This document shows, in pieces, positions 29,475-38,180 of a DNA stretch of 64,000 bases. The stretch is from Oscillospiraceae bacterium (lineage in GTDB: Bacteria > Bacillota > Clostridia > Oscillospirales > CAG-272). Below the pieces are notes generated by a model. The model saw only the letters and a list, made by a program, of their open reading frames with translations, searched no databases and was not told where the DNA came from. The stretch covers positions 21,968-85,967 of the forward strand of contig SVTJ01000007.1 of assembly GCA_015063845.1 (NCBI GenBank). The letters are read 5' to 3'. Every line of letters begins with the position of its first letter. Position 1 is the stretch's first letter. A program made the position numbers and the translations under genes.

Positions 29475-29510
29475 AATATTCCCGAGGATATGCATATCCT
29501 CGGGAATATT
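29475..29510 (+). promoter_or_regulatory. 36-bp perfect palindrome / strong hairpin plus U-run in the hpf 5' leader (attenuator or operator candidate)
   Basis: AATATTCCCGAGGATATG|CATATCCTCGGGAATATT followed by TTTTTCTTAGGAGG. The upstream TTCCTCGG could pair alternatively with CCGAGGA. Confidence 0.5.
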
Positions 29511-29530
29511 TTTTCTTAGGAGGATGTAAT

Positions 29531-30058
29531 ATGAAAATTACGATCGTTGGCAGACAAATGAACGTTTGGGATGAAATGAAATCCCTTATCGAAGCAAAGC
29601 TTTCGAAGTTTGAAAAATATTTCAACGATGAGGGCGAAGCAACCGTTACTCTCAGCTCCAAGCACAATCAGAAGTGCCTTGAGATCACAATAGTTTATTC
29701 AGGCACGATCTTCAGAAGCGAGGTGCAGGAGGAGACGTTCAGAAATGCCCTTGATAAGGCGATCTACGTTATAGAAAGACAGATAAGAAAGAACAAGACG
29801 AGACTTCAGAAGAAGCTGCGCTCGGGCGCGTTTGACAGCGGTATAATCGACACGGGTGAGGACTTTGAGGAAGAAGCTGAATTTAAGATCCGCCGTAAGA
29901 GCTTCACACTCAAGCCCATGTCCACCGAGGAAGCTATAATGCAGATGAACCTGCTCGACCACGAGTTCTTTGTTTATAAGGACGACAAAACGGGTGAGGT
30001 CTGCGTTGTTTACAAGCGCCGTGACGGTCACTACGGTCTTATCGAAACTCAGGAATAA
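29531..30058 (+). CDS. hpf: ribosome hibernation-promoting factor (long HPF)
   Basis: MKITIVGRQMNVWDEMK..., a typical RaiA/HPF N-domain plus a C-terminal dimerisation domain, 175 aa. Confidence 0.9.
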   Translation: MKITIVGRQMNVWDEMKSLIEAKLSKFEKYFNDEGEATVTLSSKHNQKCLEITIVYSGTIFRSEVQEETFRNALDKAIYVIERQIRKNKTRLQKKLRSGAFDSGIIDTGEDFEEEAEFKIRRKSFTLKPMSTEEAIMQMNLLDHEFFVYKDDKTGEVCVVYKRRDGHYGLIETQE

Positions 30059-30067
30059 TGATGTTTC

Positions 30068-30100
30068 AAGGGCGTCGGATATCCGACGCCCTTCTTTTTG
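30068..30100 (+). terminator. intrinsic terminator of hpf
   Basis: AAGGGCGTCGGATATCCGACGCCCTT followed by CTTTTTG. Confidence 0.8.
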
Positions 30101-30227
30101 TATATAATGACGAAACCGCTCTGTATGCCGCACTTATTTTATACAAAAATGACATTGTAAAATATCGAAAAATGTGGTATAATGTATTATCAAATTAAAC
30201 CGTTGAAGCCTTTAGAATTTGTGATAT

Positions 30228-30400
30228 GCAAAAACCGAAGGCGGAGGGGCTCTGGAGAATCTCCCAAAGTAGGAGTGCCGAAGGTGCAAAGCGAAGCTTT
30301 ATGCTTCGTCCAATCTCTCAGGCAAAAGGACAGAGCAGACAATAAAGGTCTGTATTGTTTCTCTTCACGAGCCACTGAAGGTTTTCAGTGGTTTTTTTAT
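30228..30400 (+). promoter_or_regulatory. glycine riboswitch (single aptamer) with terminator expression platform
   Basis: GGAGGGGCUCUGGAGAAUCUCCC...GCCGAAGGUGCAAAG...CUCAGGCAAAAGGACAGAG matches the glycine aptamer consensus. It is followed by CCACTGAAGG-TTTTCAGTGG plus a T-run, and lies upstream of the AGCS symporter. A TGgTATAAT promoter sits at 30174-30182. Confidence 0.75.
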
Positions 30401-30428
30401 TTTCATTTCATTTTAAGGAGGCATCCAC

Positions 30429-31841
30429 ATGGACGCTATTCAAAATTTTCTTCTTGGTATAGTCTCAAAGATCAATATGTATCTTTCTGACTATATCCTC
30501 ATTTTCCTTCTTGTCGGCGTAGGTCTTTTCTACACCATCAGAACAAGATTCGTTCAGATCCGTTGCTTTGGCGAGGGAATGAAGCAGGTTTTCGGCGGTA
30601 TTTTCTCAAAGAAAAACGGCGCTAAGGGTGGACTTTCATCCTTCCAGGCACTCGCTACCGCAGTTGCGGCTCAGGTAGGTACGGGTAACATCGTCGGTGC
30701 TTGTGGAGCGATCCTTATAGGTGGTCCCGGTGCTATATTCTGGATGTGGGTCATCGCATTCTTCGGTATGGCTACCATCTATGCCGAGGCAACTCTTGCT
30801 CAGAACACCAAGGTCGTCGGCGAAAACGGTGCGGTTCTCGGAGGTCCCGTTTACTACATCAAGAAAGCATTCAAAGGCACATTCGGCAAGATCCTCGCAG
30901 CCTTCTTTGCAATCGCAACAATTCTTGCTCTCGGATTTATGGGAACGATGGTTCAGTCCAACTCCATAGCAGGTGCTATCAACAATGCTGTTCCCGCTAT
31001 TCCTACGTTCGCAGTAGGTATAGTTCTCGCAATTATCTGCGGATTTATTTTCATTGGCGGCATAAAGCGCATTGCCTCGGTTGCTGAAAAGGTAGTTCCC
31101 GCAATGGCTGTTATCTACATTATTCTCGCCATCATTGTTCTCGGTGTTAACATCAAGGCAGTTCCCGCAACATTTGGCATGATCTTCAAATATGCATTTG
31201 TGCCTCATGCTGTACTCGGCGGCGGTATAGGCTTTGCTCTTAAGACAGCTATCAGCCAGGGTGCGAAGAGAGGTTTGTTCTCCAACGAAGCAGGTATGGG
31301 TTCAACACCTCACGCTCACGCACAGGCAGAGGTTGAAATTCCTCACCAGCAGGGTGTCGCAGCTATGATCGGTGTATTTGTAGATACATTTATAGTTCTT
31401 ACAATGACAGCCCTCGTTGTTATCACAACTCTTTACAAGGACGGAGTTCCCGTCGTTGACGTCACAAAGAACAACATGATGCAGGTCGCTATGGGTACCG
31501 TATTCGGCACAACAGCAGGCTCTCTGCTCGTTGCTATCTGCCTTATGTTCTTCGCTTTCACAACAATTATCAGCTGGAACTTCTTCGGTAAGCAGAACGT
31601 TGAGTATATGTTCGGCAAGAAAAACGCGAAGGCTGCAACAATAATTTACTCAGTAATCGCAATCGCATTCATTTTCCTCGGAACAGTATTCCAGTCCGAC
31701 CTCGTTTGGGAGCTCACAGACTTCTTCAACTATCTCATGGTACTCCCCAACGCACTCGCACTCTTCGTGCTTTCTCGAATCGTTGTCGATGCAACAAAAG
31801 AAGGCAAGGCACGCAAAAAGGCAAACAAAAACAACAAATAA
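30429..31841 (+). CDS. alanine/glycine:cation symporter (AGCS family)
   Basis: 470 aa, 11-12 TM helices, and a characteristic AGCS N-terminus (YILIFLLVGVGLFYTIRTRFVQIR). Confidence 0.85.
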   Translation: MDAIQNFLLGIVSKINMYLSDYILIFLLVGVGLFYTIRTRFVQIRCFGEGMKQVFGGIFSKKNGAKGGLSSFQALATAVAAQVGTGNIVGACGAILIGGPGAIFWMWVIAFFGMATIYAEATLAQNTKVVGENGAVLGGPVYYIKKAFKGTFGKILAAFFAIATILALGFMGTMVQSNSIAGAINNAVPAIPTFAVGIVLAIICGFIFIGGIKRIASVAEKVVPAMAVIYIILAIIVLGVNIKAVPATFGMIFKYAFVPHAVLGGGIGFALKTAISQGAKRGLFSNEAGMGSTPHAHAQAEVEIPHQQGVAAMIGVFVDTFIVLTMTALVVITTLYKDGVPVVDVTKNNMMQVAMGTVFGTTAGSLLVAICLMFFAFTTIISWNFFGKQNVEYMFGKKNAKAATIIYSVIAIAFIFLGTVFQSDLVWELTDFFNYLMVLPNALALFVLSRIVVDATKEGKARKKANKNNK

Positions 31842-31851
31842 TCATATACGC

Positions 31852-31892
31852 ATCTGCAAGCACAAAATTTCGTGCTTGCAGATGTTTTTTGT
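31852..31892 (+). terminator. intrinsic terminator after the AGCS gene
   Basis: ATCTGCAAGCAC-AAAATTTC-GTGCTTGCAGAT followed by GTTTTTTG. Confidence 0.8.
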
Positions 31893-31955
31893 TGACAAAA
31901 CAACTAACTTTTGGTATAATATAATTTACTAACTATATATTTAGGAGGAAAACAA

Positions 31956-34592
31956 ATGAAGTTTTATTGCGAAGATAATGAAAATGTCTTGCAAGAGCTT
32001 AACAGTACCCGCGACGGTCTGACTTCCGAAGAAGCAGCAAAACGACTTGCTGAAAACGGAAAGAATAAGTTGGCTGCCGCTAAGGGCAAATCCCTTGTTC
32101 GTCGTTTCTTCGAGCAGCTTGCCGATCCTATGACGATCATCCTTCTCGTAGCCGCCGCTATCAGCGGAGGTCTTGCGGTATACGAAAGCATTATGCATCC
32201 GGGTGAGGGCGAAGGCTTTGCCGACGTCATCATCATTCTCGCCGTTGTTCTTATAAACGCCGTTCTCGGTGTTTATCAGGAAAGCAAGGCCGAGAAAGCT
32301 ATTGAGGCACTCCAGGAAATGTCAGCTGCTACCTCAAAGGTGCTGCGTGACGGTAAGGTGCAGGTCATTCACAGCGAGGACCTCGTTGTCGGTGATATCA
32401 TCGTCCTCGAGGCAGGCGACGCAGTTCCCGCAGACGCGAGAATTCTTGAGAACGCAAGCCTTAAGGTAGAGGAAGCGGCTCTCACGGGTGAATCCGTACC
32501 CGTAACTAAATTTATCGACATCATTTATCTTAAGGAAGGCGAGAAGGACGTTCCTCTCGGCGACCGTAAGAATATGCTCTACATGGGATCTACCGTTGTT
32601 TACGGACGTGGCACGGCTGTTGTCACCGCAACGGGAATGCAGACAGAGATGGGTAAGATCGCAGATGCGCTTGCTTCCGCTGAAGAGGGTGAGACTCCTC
32701 TCCAGATAAAGCTCCATCAGCTCTCGAGAATACTCACGTGGTTGGTTATCGGAATATGTATCATCGTATTCGGCGTTCAGCTCATACGTCACGGTGCATT
32801 CAGCTTCGAGTTTGCGCTTGACGCGTTCATGATAGCAATATCGCTCGCAGTTGCCGCTATCCCCGAGGGACTTGCTGCGGTCGTTACCGTCGTTCTTTCC
32901 ATCGGTGTTACCAATATGTCTAAGCGTAACGCGATAATCCGCCGTCTTACAGCGGTCGAAACTCTCGGATGCGCTCAGATAATCTGCTCCGATAAGACAG
33001 GTACACTCACACAGAATAAGATGACCGTCGTCGATCACTTCGGTGAGGACGAGGTCGCTATCGCTTCGGCAATGGCTCTTTGCTGTGACGCAGAGATAGA
33101 TGCCGAGGGCAACGTAACAGGTGAGCCTACCGAGGCTGCTCTCGTTGTTTGGGCTGATAAGCTCGGCTACAAGAAGTACGACCTTAAGGCAACATCTCCC
33201 CGTTGCGGAGAAGCTCCCTTTGACTCGGGCAGAAAGATGATGTCCACCGTACACGTTATCGCTGATAACTTCGTACAGTACACAAAGGGTGCTCCCGACG
33301 TTATCATTGGAAAGTGCACTCATTACCTCAAGGACGGCGCTCCCGTTCCTATGACTGAGGAATACAAGGCAGAAATACTTGCCGCAAACAAGGAAATGGC
33401 AGACAAAGCGCTCCGCGTTCTCGCGTGCGCTACAAGAGTTTGGGATACTGCTCCCGAAATGTATGAGGCTGATCATCTTGAAAAGGACCTTTGCTTTATG
33501 GGTCTTTGCGGAATGATCGACCCCGTTCGTCCCGAGGTCAAGGACGCTATCGTCGAGTGCCGTGGCGCAGGTATCAGACCTATAATGATCACGGGTGACC
33601 ACATCGACACAGCGGTTGCTATCGCTAAGGAGCTCGGCATCATCACCGAGGACACCTACGCTATCACGGGCGCACAGCTCAACGATATGAGCGACGAGGA
33701 GTTTGCGGAGAAGTTCCAGAACATCAGCGTTTACGCTCGTGTTCAGCCAGAGCATAAGACAAGAATAGTTAACGCATGGCGTGGCGCAGGCTACGTAACC
33801 GCTATGACGGGTGACGGCGTTAACGACGCTCCCTCTATAAAGAGCGCAGATATCGGTGTTGGAATGGGTATCACGGGTACTGACGTTACAAAGAACGTCG
33901 CAGATATGGTTCTTGCTGACGACAACTTCGCAACTATCGTCGGAGCTGTTGAGGAAGGTAGACGTATCTACGACAACATCCGTAAGGCTATCCAGTTCCT
34001 TCTCGGCTCTAACCTCAGTGAGGTACTTTGCATATTCATTGCAACGCTTATAGGATTTACTATCCTTGAGCCCGTACACCTGCTTTGGATCAACCTCGTA
34101 ACAGACTGTCTGCCCGCTATCGCTCTCGGTATGGAAAAGGCAGAGCCCAATATAATGAGAAGAAAGCCCCGTTCCGCAAAGGCGGGAATATTCTCCGACG
34201 GTATGGGCTTCAACATCGCATATCAGGGTGCTCTCGTAACGGTTCTCGTTCTTGCTTCCTACTTCATAGGAAACAATATGGACGGTGCTGAGCACGGTAT
34301 GACAATGGCGTTCCTTACACTCTCTATGGCAGAGATATTCCACAGCCTTAATATGCGTTCTGTTCGCGGAAGCATATTCACGCTGCCCTCTATCAACAAG
34401 ATGCTGCTTCTCGCGGCAGGCGGCTCGTTCCTCGCAACAACGCTTGTATGTGAGGTTCCCTTCCTTGCAAACGCGTTCGGATTTACGCACGTTAACCTCA
34501 AGGAATACCTCATCGCTATCGGTCTCGGACTTGTTGTTATCCCCGTAGTTGAGATAGTAAAATTCATTCAGAGAAAGATAAGCAAAAACTAA
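31956..34592 (+). CDS. calcium-translocating P-type ATPase (PMCA/SERCA-type, P2)
   Basis: Phosphorylation site CSDKTGTLTQN, TGDGVNDAP, 878 aa, 10 TM helices. Confidence 0.9.
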   Translation: MKFYCEDNENVLQELNSTRDGLTSEEAAKRLAENGKNKLAAAKGKSLVRRFFEQLADPMTIILLVAAAISGGLAVYESIMHPGEGEGFADVIIILAVVLINAVLGVYQESKAEKAIEALQEMSAATSKVLRDGKVQVIHSEDLVVGDIIVLEAGDAVPADARILENASLKVEEAALTGESVPVTKFIDIIYLKEGEKDVPLGDRKNMLYMGSTVVYGRGTAVVTATGMQTEMGKIADALASAEEGETPLQIKLHQLSRILTWLVIGICIIVFGVQLIRHGAFSFEFALDAFMIAISLAVAAIPEGLAAVVTVVLSIGVTNMSKRNAIIRRLTAVETLGCAQIICSDKTGTLTQNKMTVVDHFGEDEVAIASAMALCCDAEIDAEGNVTGEPTEAALVVWADKLGYKKYDLKATSPRCGEAPFDSGRKMMSTVHVIADNFVQYTKGAPDVIIGKCTHYLKDGAPVPMTEEYKAEILAANKEMADKALRVLACATRVWDTAPEMYEADHLEKDLCFMGLCGMIDPVRPEVKDAIVECRGAGIRPIMITGDHIDTAVAIAKELGIITEDTYAITGAQLNDMSDEEFAEKFQNISVYARVQPEHKTRIVNAWRGAGYVTAMTGDGVNDAPSIKSADIGVGMGITGTDVTKNVADMVLADDNFATIVGAVEEGRRIYDNIRKAIQFLLGSNLSEVLCIFIATLIGFTILEPVHLLWINLVTDCLPAIALGMEKAEPNIMRRKPRSAKAGIFSDGMGFNIAYQGALVTVLVLASYFIGNNMDGAEHGMTMAFLTLSMAEIFHSLNMRSVRGSIFTLPSINKMLLLAAGGSFLATTLVCEVPFLANAFGFTHVNLKEYLIAIGLGLVVIPVVEIVKFIQRKISKN

Positions 34593-34612
34593 AGATCTTA
34601 TATAACAAAAAT

Positions 34613-34650
34613 GGACAGAGAACGTAAAACGTTCTCTGTCCTCTTTTTTG
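34613..34650. terminator. terminator between the P-type ATPase and the LysR gene
   Basis: GGACAGAGAACG-TAAAA-CGTTCTCTGTCC followed by TCTTTTTTG. Confidence 0.75.
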
Positions 34651-34654
34651 TCTT

Positions 34655-35557
34655 TTATTTTTTCTCGGTCAACAGCTTGATAACCAGCTCTGCGTAGGGG
34701 GTAAGCACCTGACCCTTTCGAGTGGCGATAACGGGTTGCCTCGAATAAAGGTTGCTCTTAATGATGTACAACGACAGCTCGTCATCGAAATAGCTCTCTC
34801 GAACGAACTGTAACGGAAGCAGTGCCGCTCCGACCCCGGCACGCGCCATTGCCCAAGCTGACGTGACGCCGTTCACCTCGGCGGCGATAGTCGGATAAAC
34901 GTCGGTCGCGGCGCAAAGACCGTCAAACACCTGACGCATTTCCTGACCTTGACCGAGTACGATGAAGGGCAGATGCTTCGCGTCTTTAAAATCTATCGTG
35001 GGAAACATCTCCTCACCGTTTGACGGCAGCCCATCTGCCATTTTATTGTGTACTGCCAAAACGAGCGTGTCGGGCTCTAAGGCAACGGTGTCGAGCAAAG
35101 ACGTGTCCACGGGCAGATTGACGATCGCCAGATCGTACCTTCCCTCTGCCGCTTCCTTTCTGAGCTGAGACGCAGGTACTTCCTGCAACGATACTTGCAC
35201 CCCGGGATATTGAGCTCTTATCTTTTTAACAAGCTCGGGCATAAGATACAAGCTTCTAAAAGGAGTTATTCCTATAACCAACCGTCCGTTCTCACCCGAC
35301 TGAAATCCTTCCAGCGCCTTTCTCATCTGCTCTTCCTTATATACAAGCTCGCGCGCGCTGCGCACAAAATAATCCCCCGCAGGTGTCAGAGCGAGCGGTG
35401 AACGCTCACGGTCAAAAAGCTTAACGCCAAGCTCGTTTTCTATATGCTGTATCTGCTTGCTTAAAGCAGGCTGAGAAATTCCAAGCTGCTCGGCTGCCTG
35501 AGAAAAGCTCGAGGTCTGCGCCAAAGCCAAAACGTATTGGATATGCTTTGTGTTCAT
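34655..35557 (-). CDS. LysR-family transcriptional regulator
   Basis: MNTKHIQYVLALAQTSSFSQAAEQLGISQPALSKQI HTH and a C-terminal substrate-binding domain. The start is set at M21. Confidence 0.85.
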   Translation of the reverse strand: MNTKHIQYVLALAQTSSFSQAAEQLGISQPALSKQIQHIENELGVKLFDRERSPLALTPAGDYFVRSARELVYKEEQMRKALEGFQSGENGRLVIGITPFRSLYLMPELVKKIRAQYPGVQVSLQEVPASQLRKEAAEGRYDLAIVNLPVDTSLLDTVALEPDTLVLAVHNKMADGLPSNGEEMFPTIDFKDAKHLPFIVLGQGQEMRQVFDGLCAATDVYPTIAAEVNGVTSAWAMARAGVGAALLPLQFVRESYFDDELSLYIIKSNLYSRQPVIATRKGQVLTPYAELVIKLLTEKK

Positions 35558-35742
35558 ATTTAATATCCCCCACACATCTCTTTTGAATAACTTGTATTTA
35601 GAATACATCATTTGCAAAAAAAAGTCAACAAGTTATTCCAAAAAAATTATAATTTCTATTGACAAAAAGATATAACAATGGTATAATATTCACGGTTAGT
35701 AATAATATCAATAACCAATAAGTTATAAAAAGGAGCTTTATT

Positions 35743-37107
35743 ATGGAATCTTTGTTATACCTCGGTATAATGCTGGCAGTAATATGTATATGGTTCTTGC
35801 TATTCAAGCGCCCCGTTTACGAGGCAGTGCTTATAGCTTTTGTAATACTGCTAATAGTTACTGGTACGTGGAGCAACGTTTTGGTATACATAAACGAGGG
35901 CTTATCCACCTCTCTCTTGTATTCGATGGTTGCCTTCGTGGCTATGTCCATTCTGCTTACGAAAACGAAAATCGTAGACAGTTGTATCACGATAATACTC
36001 TCGCTTATCGGACGCATAAGAGGCGGTGCGGGATATACAGCCGTCATAGCAAGCGCTTTTATGGGTGCACTTTCGGGCTCCGGTCCAGGTAACGTAATGG
36101 CAACGGGCGCTTTGACTATCCCCGCAATGAAGCGCACGGGCTTCCCCGCTGAGCTTGCTGCCAATATAGAGTCCAACGCAAGCTACCTTGGAAATATGAT
36201 CCCCCCTTCGTCAAATATCGTTGCGGCAATGGCGGCATTTACCACCTTTGCGGCAGGTATGGGAATAGCAGATGTCTCTCAGGGTAAGTTCTGGGTGGTT
36301 TTGTGGGGTGTTGCTATTTGGTTTATAGCGCAGCGTCTCATAATGGTATGGGCTTTCTGCAAGTACTATAAGGTACAGCCGATAAAGAAAGAGGATCTCC
36401 CCAGTCTCAAAGAGACCTTCAAGGCAGGTTGGCAGGCATTGCTGCTTCCCATCGTGATCCTCACTCCCTTTATTCTCGATGCGGTATTCGCTGATACCTT
36501 CTTCGTTGCAAGACTTGGCGCGGCGGGCGCGAAGTATCTCTCCAAATCCGTTCTTCTTTTCGTACCGGGTATCTCGATAATATTTGCGTGTCTTATTGTT
36601 AAGGACAAGTCCACGATCACTCCTAATAAAATAGCTAAAATGTTTGCAAACGGAGTTAAGTCGATAGCTCCCGCAATAGGCGTTTGCGTATTCGGATATA
36701 TGATAGGCGCAATGTTTGAGGATCTTGGCGTTGCTCAGTCCCTCGGAGCAGTCATGGCAAATTGGAGCTTTGGAAAGTTCGGTATGGTACTTATGATCTG
36801 CGCTATCACATGCGTCATGGGTATGGTAGTACCGGGCTCATCTCAGGTCGTTATCTTTGGTCCTGTATTCATTTCACTTTTGTACGGTGTTGGAGTAGAC
36901 CCGCTTCTCGCAGCCGCTATGCTTCCCTGCATATGCGGAGTTATGTGCGGTATCACACCGCCCTTAGGACTTGGAATGTACGCAGGCATGACTATCGCCG
37001 AATCGGATTTCAGCAAGACCTTCAAAAACAACCTTTGGTGGGTCGCTGCGCAGTTTATTATGCAAGTCGCCGTTTTGATGGGTTGGTTGCCAATTTTGGG
37101 ACTGTAA
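35743..37107 (+). CDS. DctM-like (TRAP large-permease family) membrane transporter; no DctP/DctQ nearby
   Basis: Polytopic, 454 aa, with a DctM-like conserved block GRIRGGAGYTAVIASAFMGALSGSGPGNVMATGALTIPAMKRTGFP...IPPS. It is divergent from the LysR gene. Confidence 0.5.
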   Translation: MESLLYLGIMLAVICIWFLLFKRPVYEAVLIAFVILLIVTGTWSNVLVYINEGLSTSLLYSMVAFVAMSILLTKTKIVDSCITIILSLIGRIRGGAGYTAVIASAFMGALSGSGPGNVMATGALTIPAMKRTGFPAELAANIESNASYLGNMIPPSSNIVAAMAAFTTFAAGMGIADVSQGKFWVVLWGVAIWFIAQRLIMVWAFCKYYKVQPIKKEDLPSLKETFKAGWQALLLPIVILTPFILDAVFADTFFVARLGAAGAKYLSKSVLLFVPGISIIFACLIVKDKSTITPNKIAKMFANGVKSIAPAIGVCVFGYMIGAMFEDLGVAQSLGAVMANWSFGKFGMVLMICAITCVMGMVVPGSSQVVIFGPVFISLLYGVGVDPLLAAAMLPCICGVMCGITPPLGLGMYAGMTIAESDFSKTFKNNLWWVAAQFIMQVAVLMGWLPILGL

Positions 37108-37120
37108 AGGAGGAAACAAA

Positions 37121-37414
37121 ATGAAAGAATTTTGCAAGAAGCTTTCCGCTATACTTAAGACAATTTTCGGCTATGGCATTATGATATCCGTCTTTGCAGG
37201 TGGACTGACCTTTTTCGGCTACGTGGTCGCTCTTATCATAGGCGGTGAGGTAGCTACTGCTATCTGCACAGTAATATATAAGAACATAATTCCCATCATT
37301 ATCTATCTCTCCGTAAGTATGGTGCTCCTCGGACTTGTCGCTATGTATCTTGCGGGAGAAAAAGCATTGACACCTGACAAAAAGAAATCGCAAAAGCACA
37401 AAGGCGAGATATAA
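37121..37414 (+). CDS. small membrane protein (97 aa) co-transcribed with the DctM-like permease
   Basis: AGGAGG RBS, three predicted TM helices, no known motif. Confidence 0.5.
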   Translation: MKEFCKKLSAILKTIFGYGIMISVFAGGLTFFGYVVALIIGGEVATAICTVIYKNIIPIIIYLSVSMVLLGLVAMYLAGEKALTPDKKKSQKHKGEI

Positions 37415-37420
37415 ATATAA

Positions 37421-37456
37421 CCCCCCTGACTTTCTTTGAAGTCAGGGGATTTGTTT
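37421..37456 (+). terminator. intrinsic terminator after the small membrane protein gene
   Basis: CCCCCCTGACTTC-TTTGAA-GTCAGGGGATTTGTTT. Confidence 0.7.
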
Positions 37457-37458
37457 AA

Positions 37459-37521
37459 GCACCGACGCTGCCATCGCAGCTCGCTTCGCATAAGTGCCAT
37501 CCCAGCCAGCACAAAAGGCAC
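37459..37521 (+). repeat. 63-bp direct repeat, copy 1 (contains CCATCCCAGCCA, the tRNA-Gln 3'-end sequence)
   Basis: Identical except for one mismatch to 37939-38001. Confidence 0.85.
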
Positions 37522-37938
37522 CCCAAGAGGTGTCTTACATAAAGCAGGTTTTAATCTCCCTGCGAGATCCGAACGGCGTTGCCGTTCGCCCTTCGGGTTT
37601 CGACTGCGTCCGCCCGTGTCATTCTGAGCGAAGCGGAGCGGAGTCGAACTGCGAAGCAGCACCGAGCAAAGCGAAGGTAGAATCTCGGGCGGACTCCGCT
37701 CAAGATGACACGCAGGGGGCAGCACCTTCCGAAAAAATAACAAAAGGAGTACGAGCAATTTTGTTCGTACTCCTTTTGTGTTTGCGGTAGGTAAAACCTG
37801 CTTTATCGCAGGTACGCCAATGCGTGCCTTTTGTATTGGAGCTTTTTTCGCCGGGTATTCAAATTTGCTTTGCAAATTTGAAGATTTCCTCGCCCTGCGC
37901 CTGGTGAGCGAGCTACCCGATCTTCGGGCGGGAAATGT

Positions 37939-38001
37939 GCACCGACGCTGCTATCGCAGCTCGCTTCGCATAAGTGCCATCCCAGCCAGCACAAAAGGCA
38001 C
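37939..38001 (+). repeat. 63-bp direct repeat, copy 2, abutting tRNA-Gln and forming a 26-bp-stem perfect hairpin with the tRNA 3' end
   Basis: CCATCCCAGCCAGCACAAAAGGCACG-CCAATG-CGTGCCTTTTGTGCTGGCTGGGATGG. Confidence 0.85.
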
Positions 38002-38022
38002 GCCAATGCGTGCCTTTTGTGC

Positions 38023-38097
38023 TGGCTGGGATGGCCGGATTTGAACCGACGGATGCCAGAGTCAAAGTCTGGTGCCTTACCGCTTGGCGACATCCCA
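38023..38097 (-). tRNA. tRNA-Gln (anticodon UUG)
   Basis: 75-nt cloverleaf with U1-A72, anticodon loop CUUUGAC, T-loop GGTTCAAATCC, and an encoded CCA. Confidence 0.85.
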
Positions 38098-38180
38098 TTA
38101 TTTACAACGTCAATTATTATATCATATTTGTTCGCCCGTGTCAAGCGTTTTTTTGTGGATACGTATCGTTTTTTAAATAC

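Noticed and set aside
32334-34490. 718-aa minus-strand ORF antisense to the P-type ATPase gene
   Set aside because: It is antisense to a gene with unmistakable P-type ATPase motifs, so it is a long shadow ORF.
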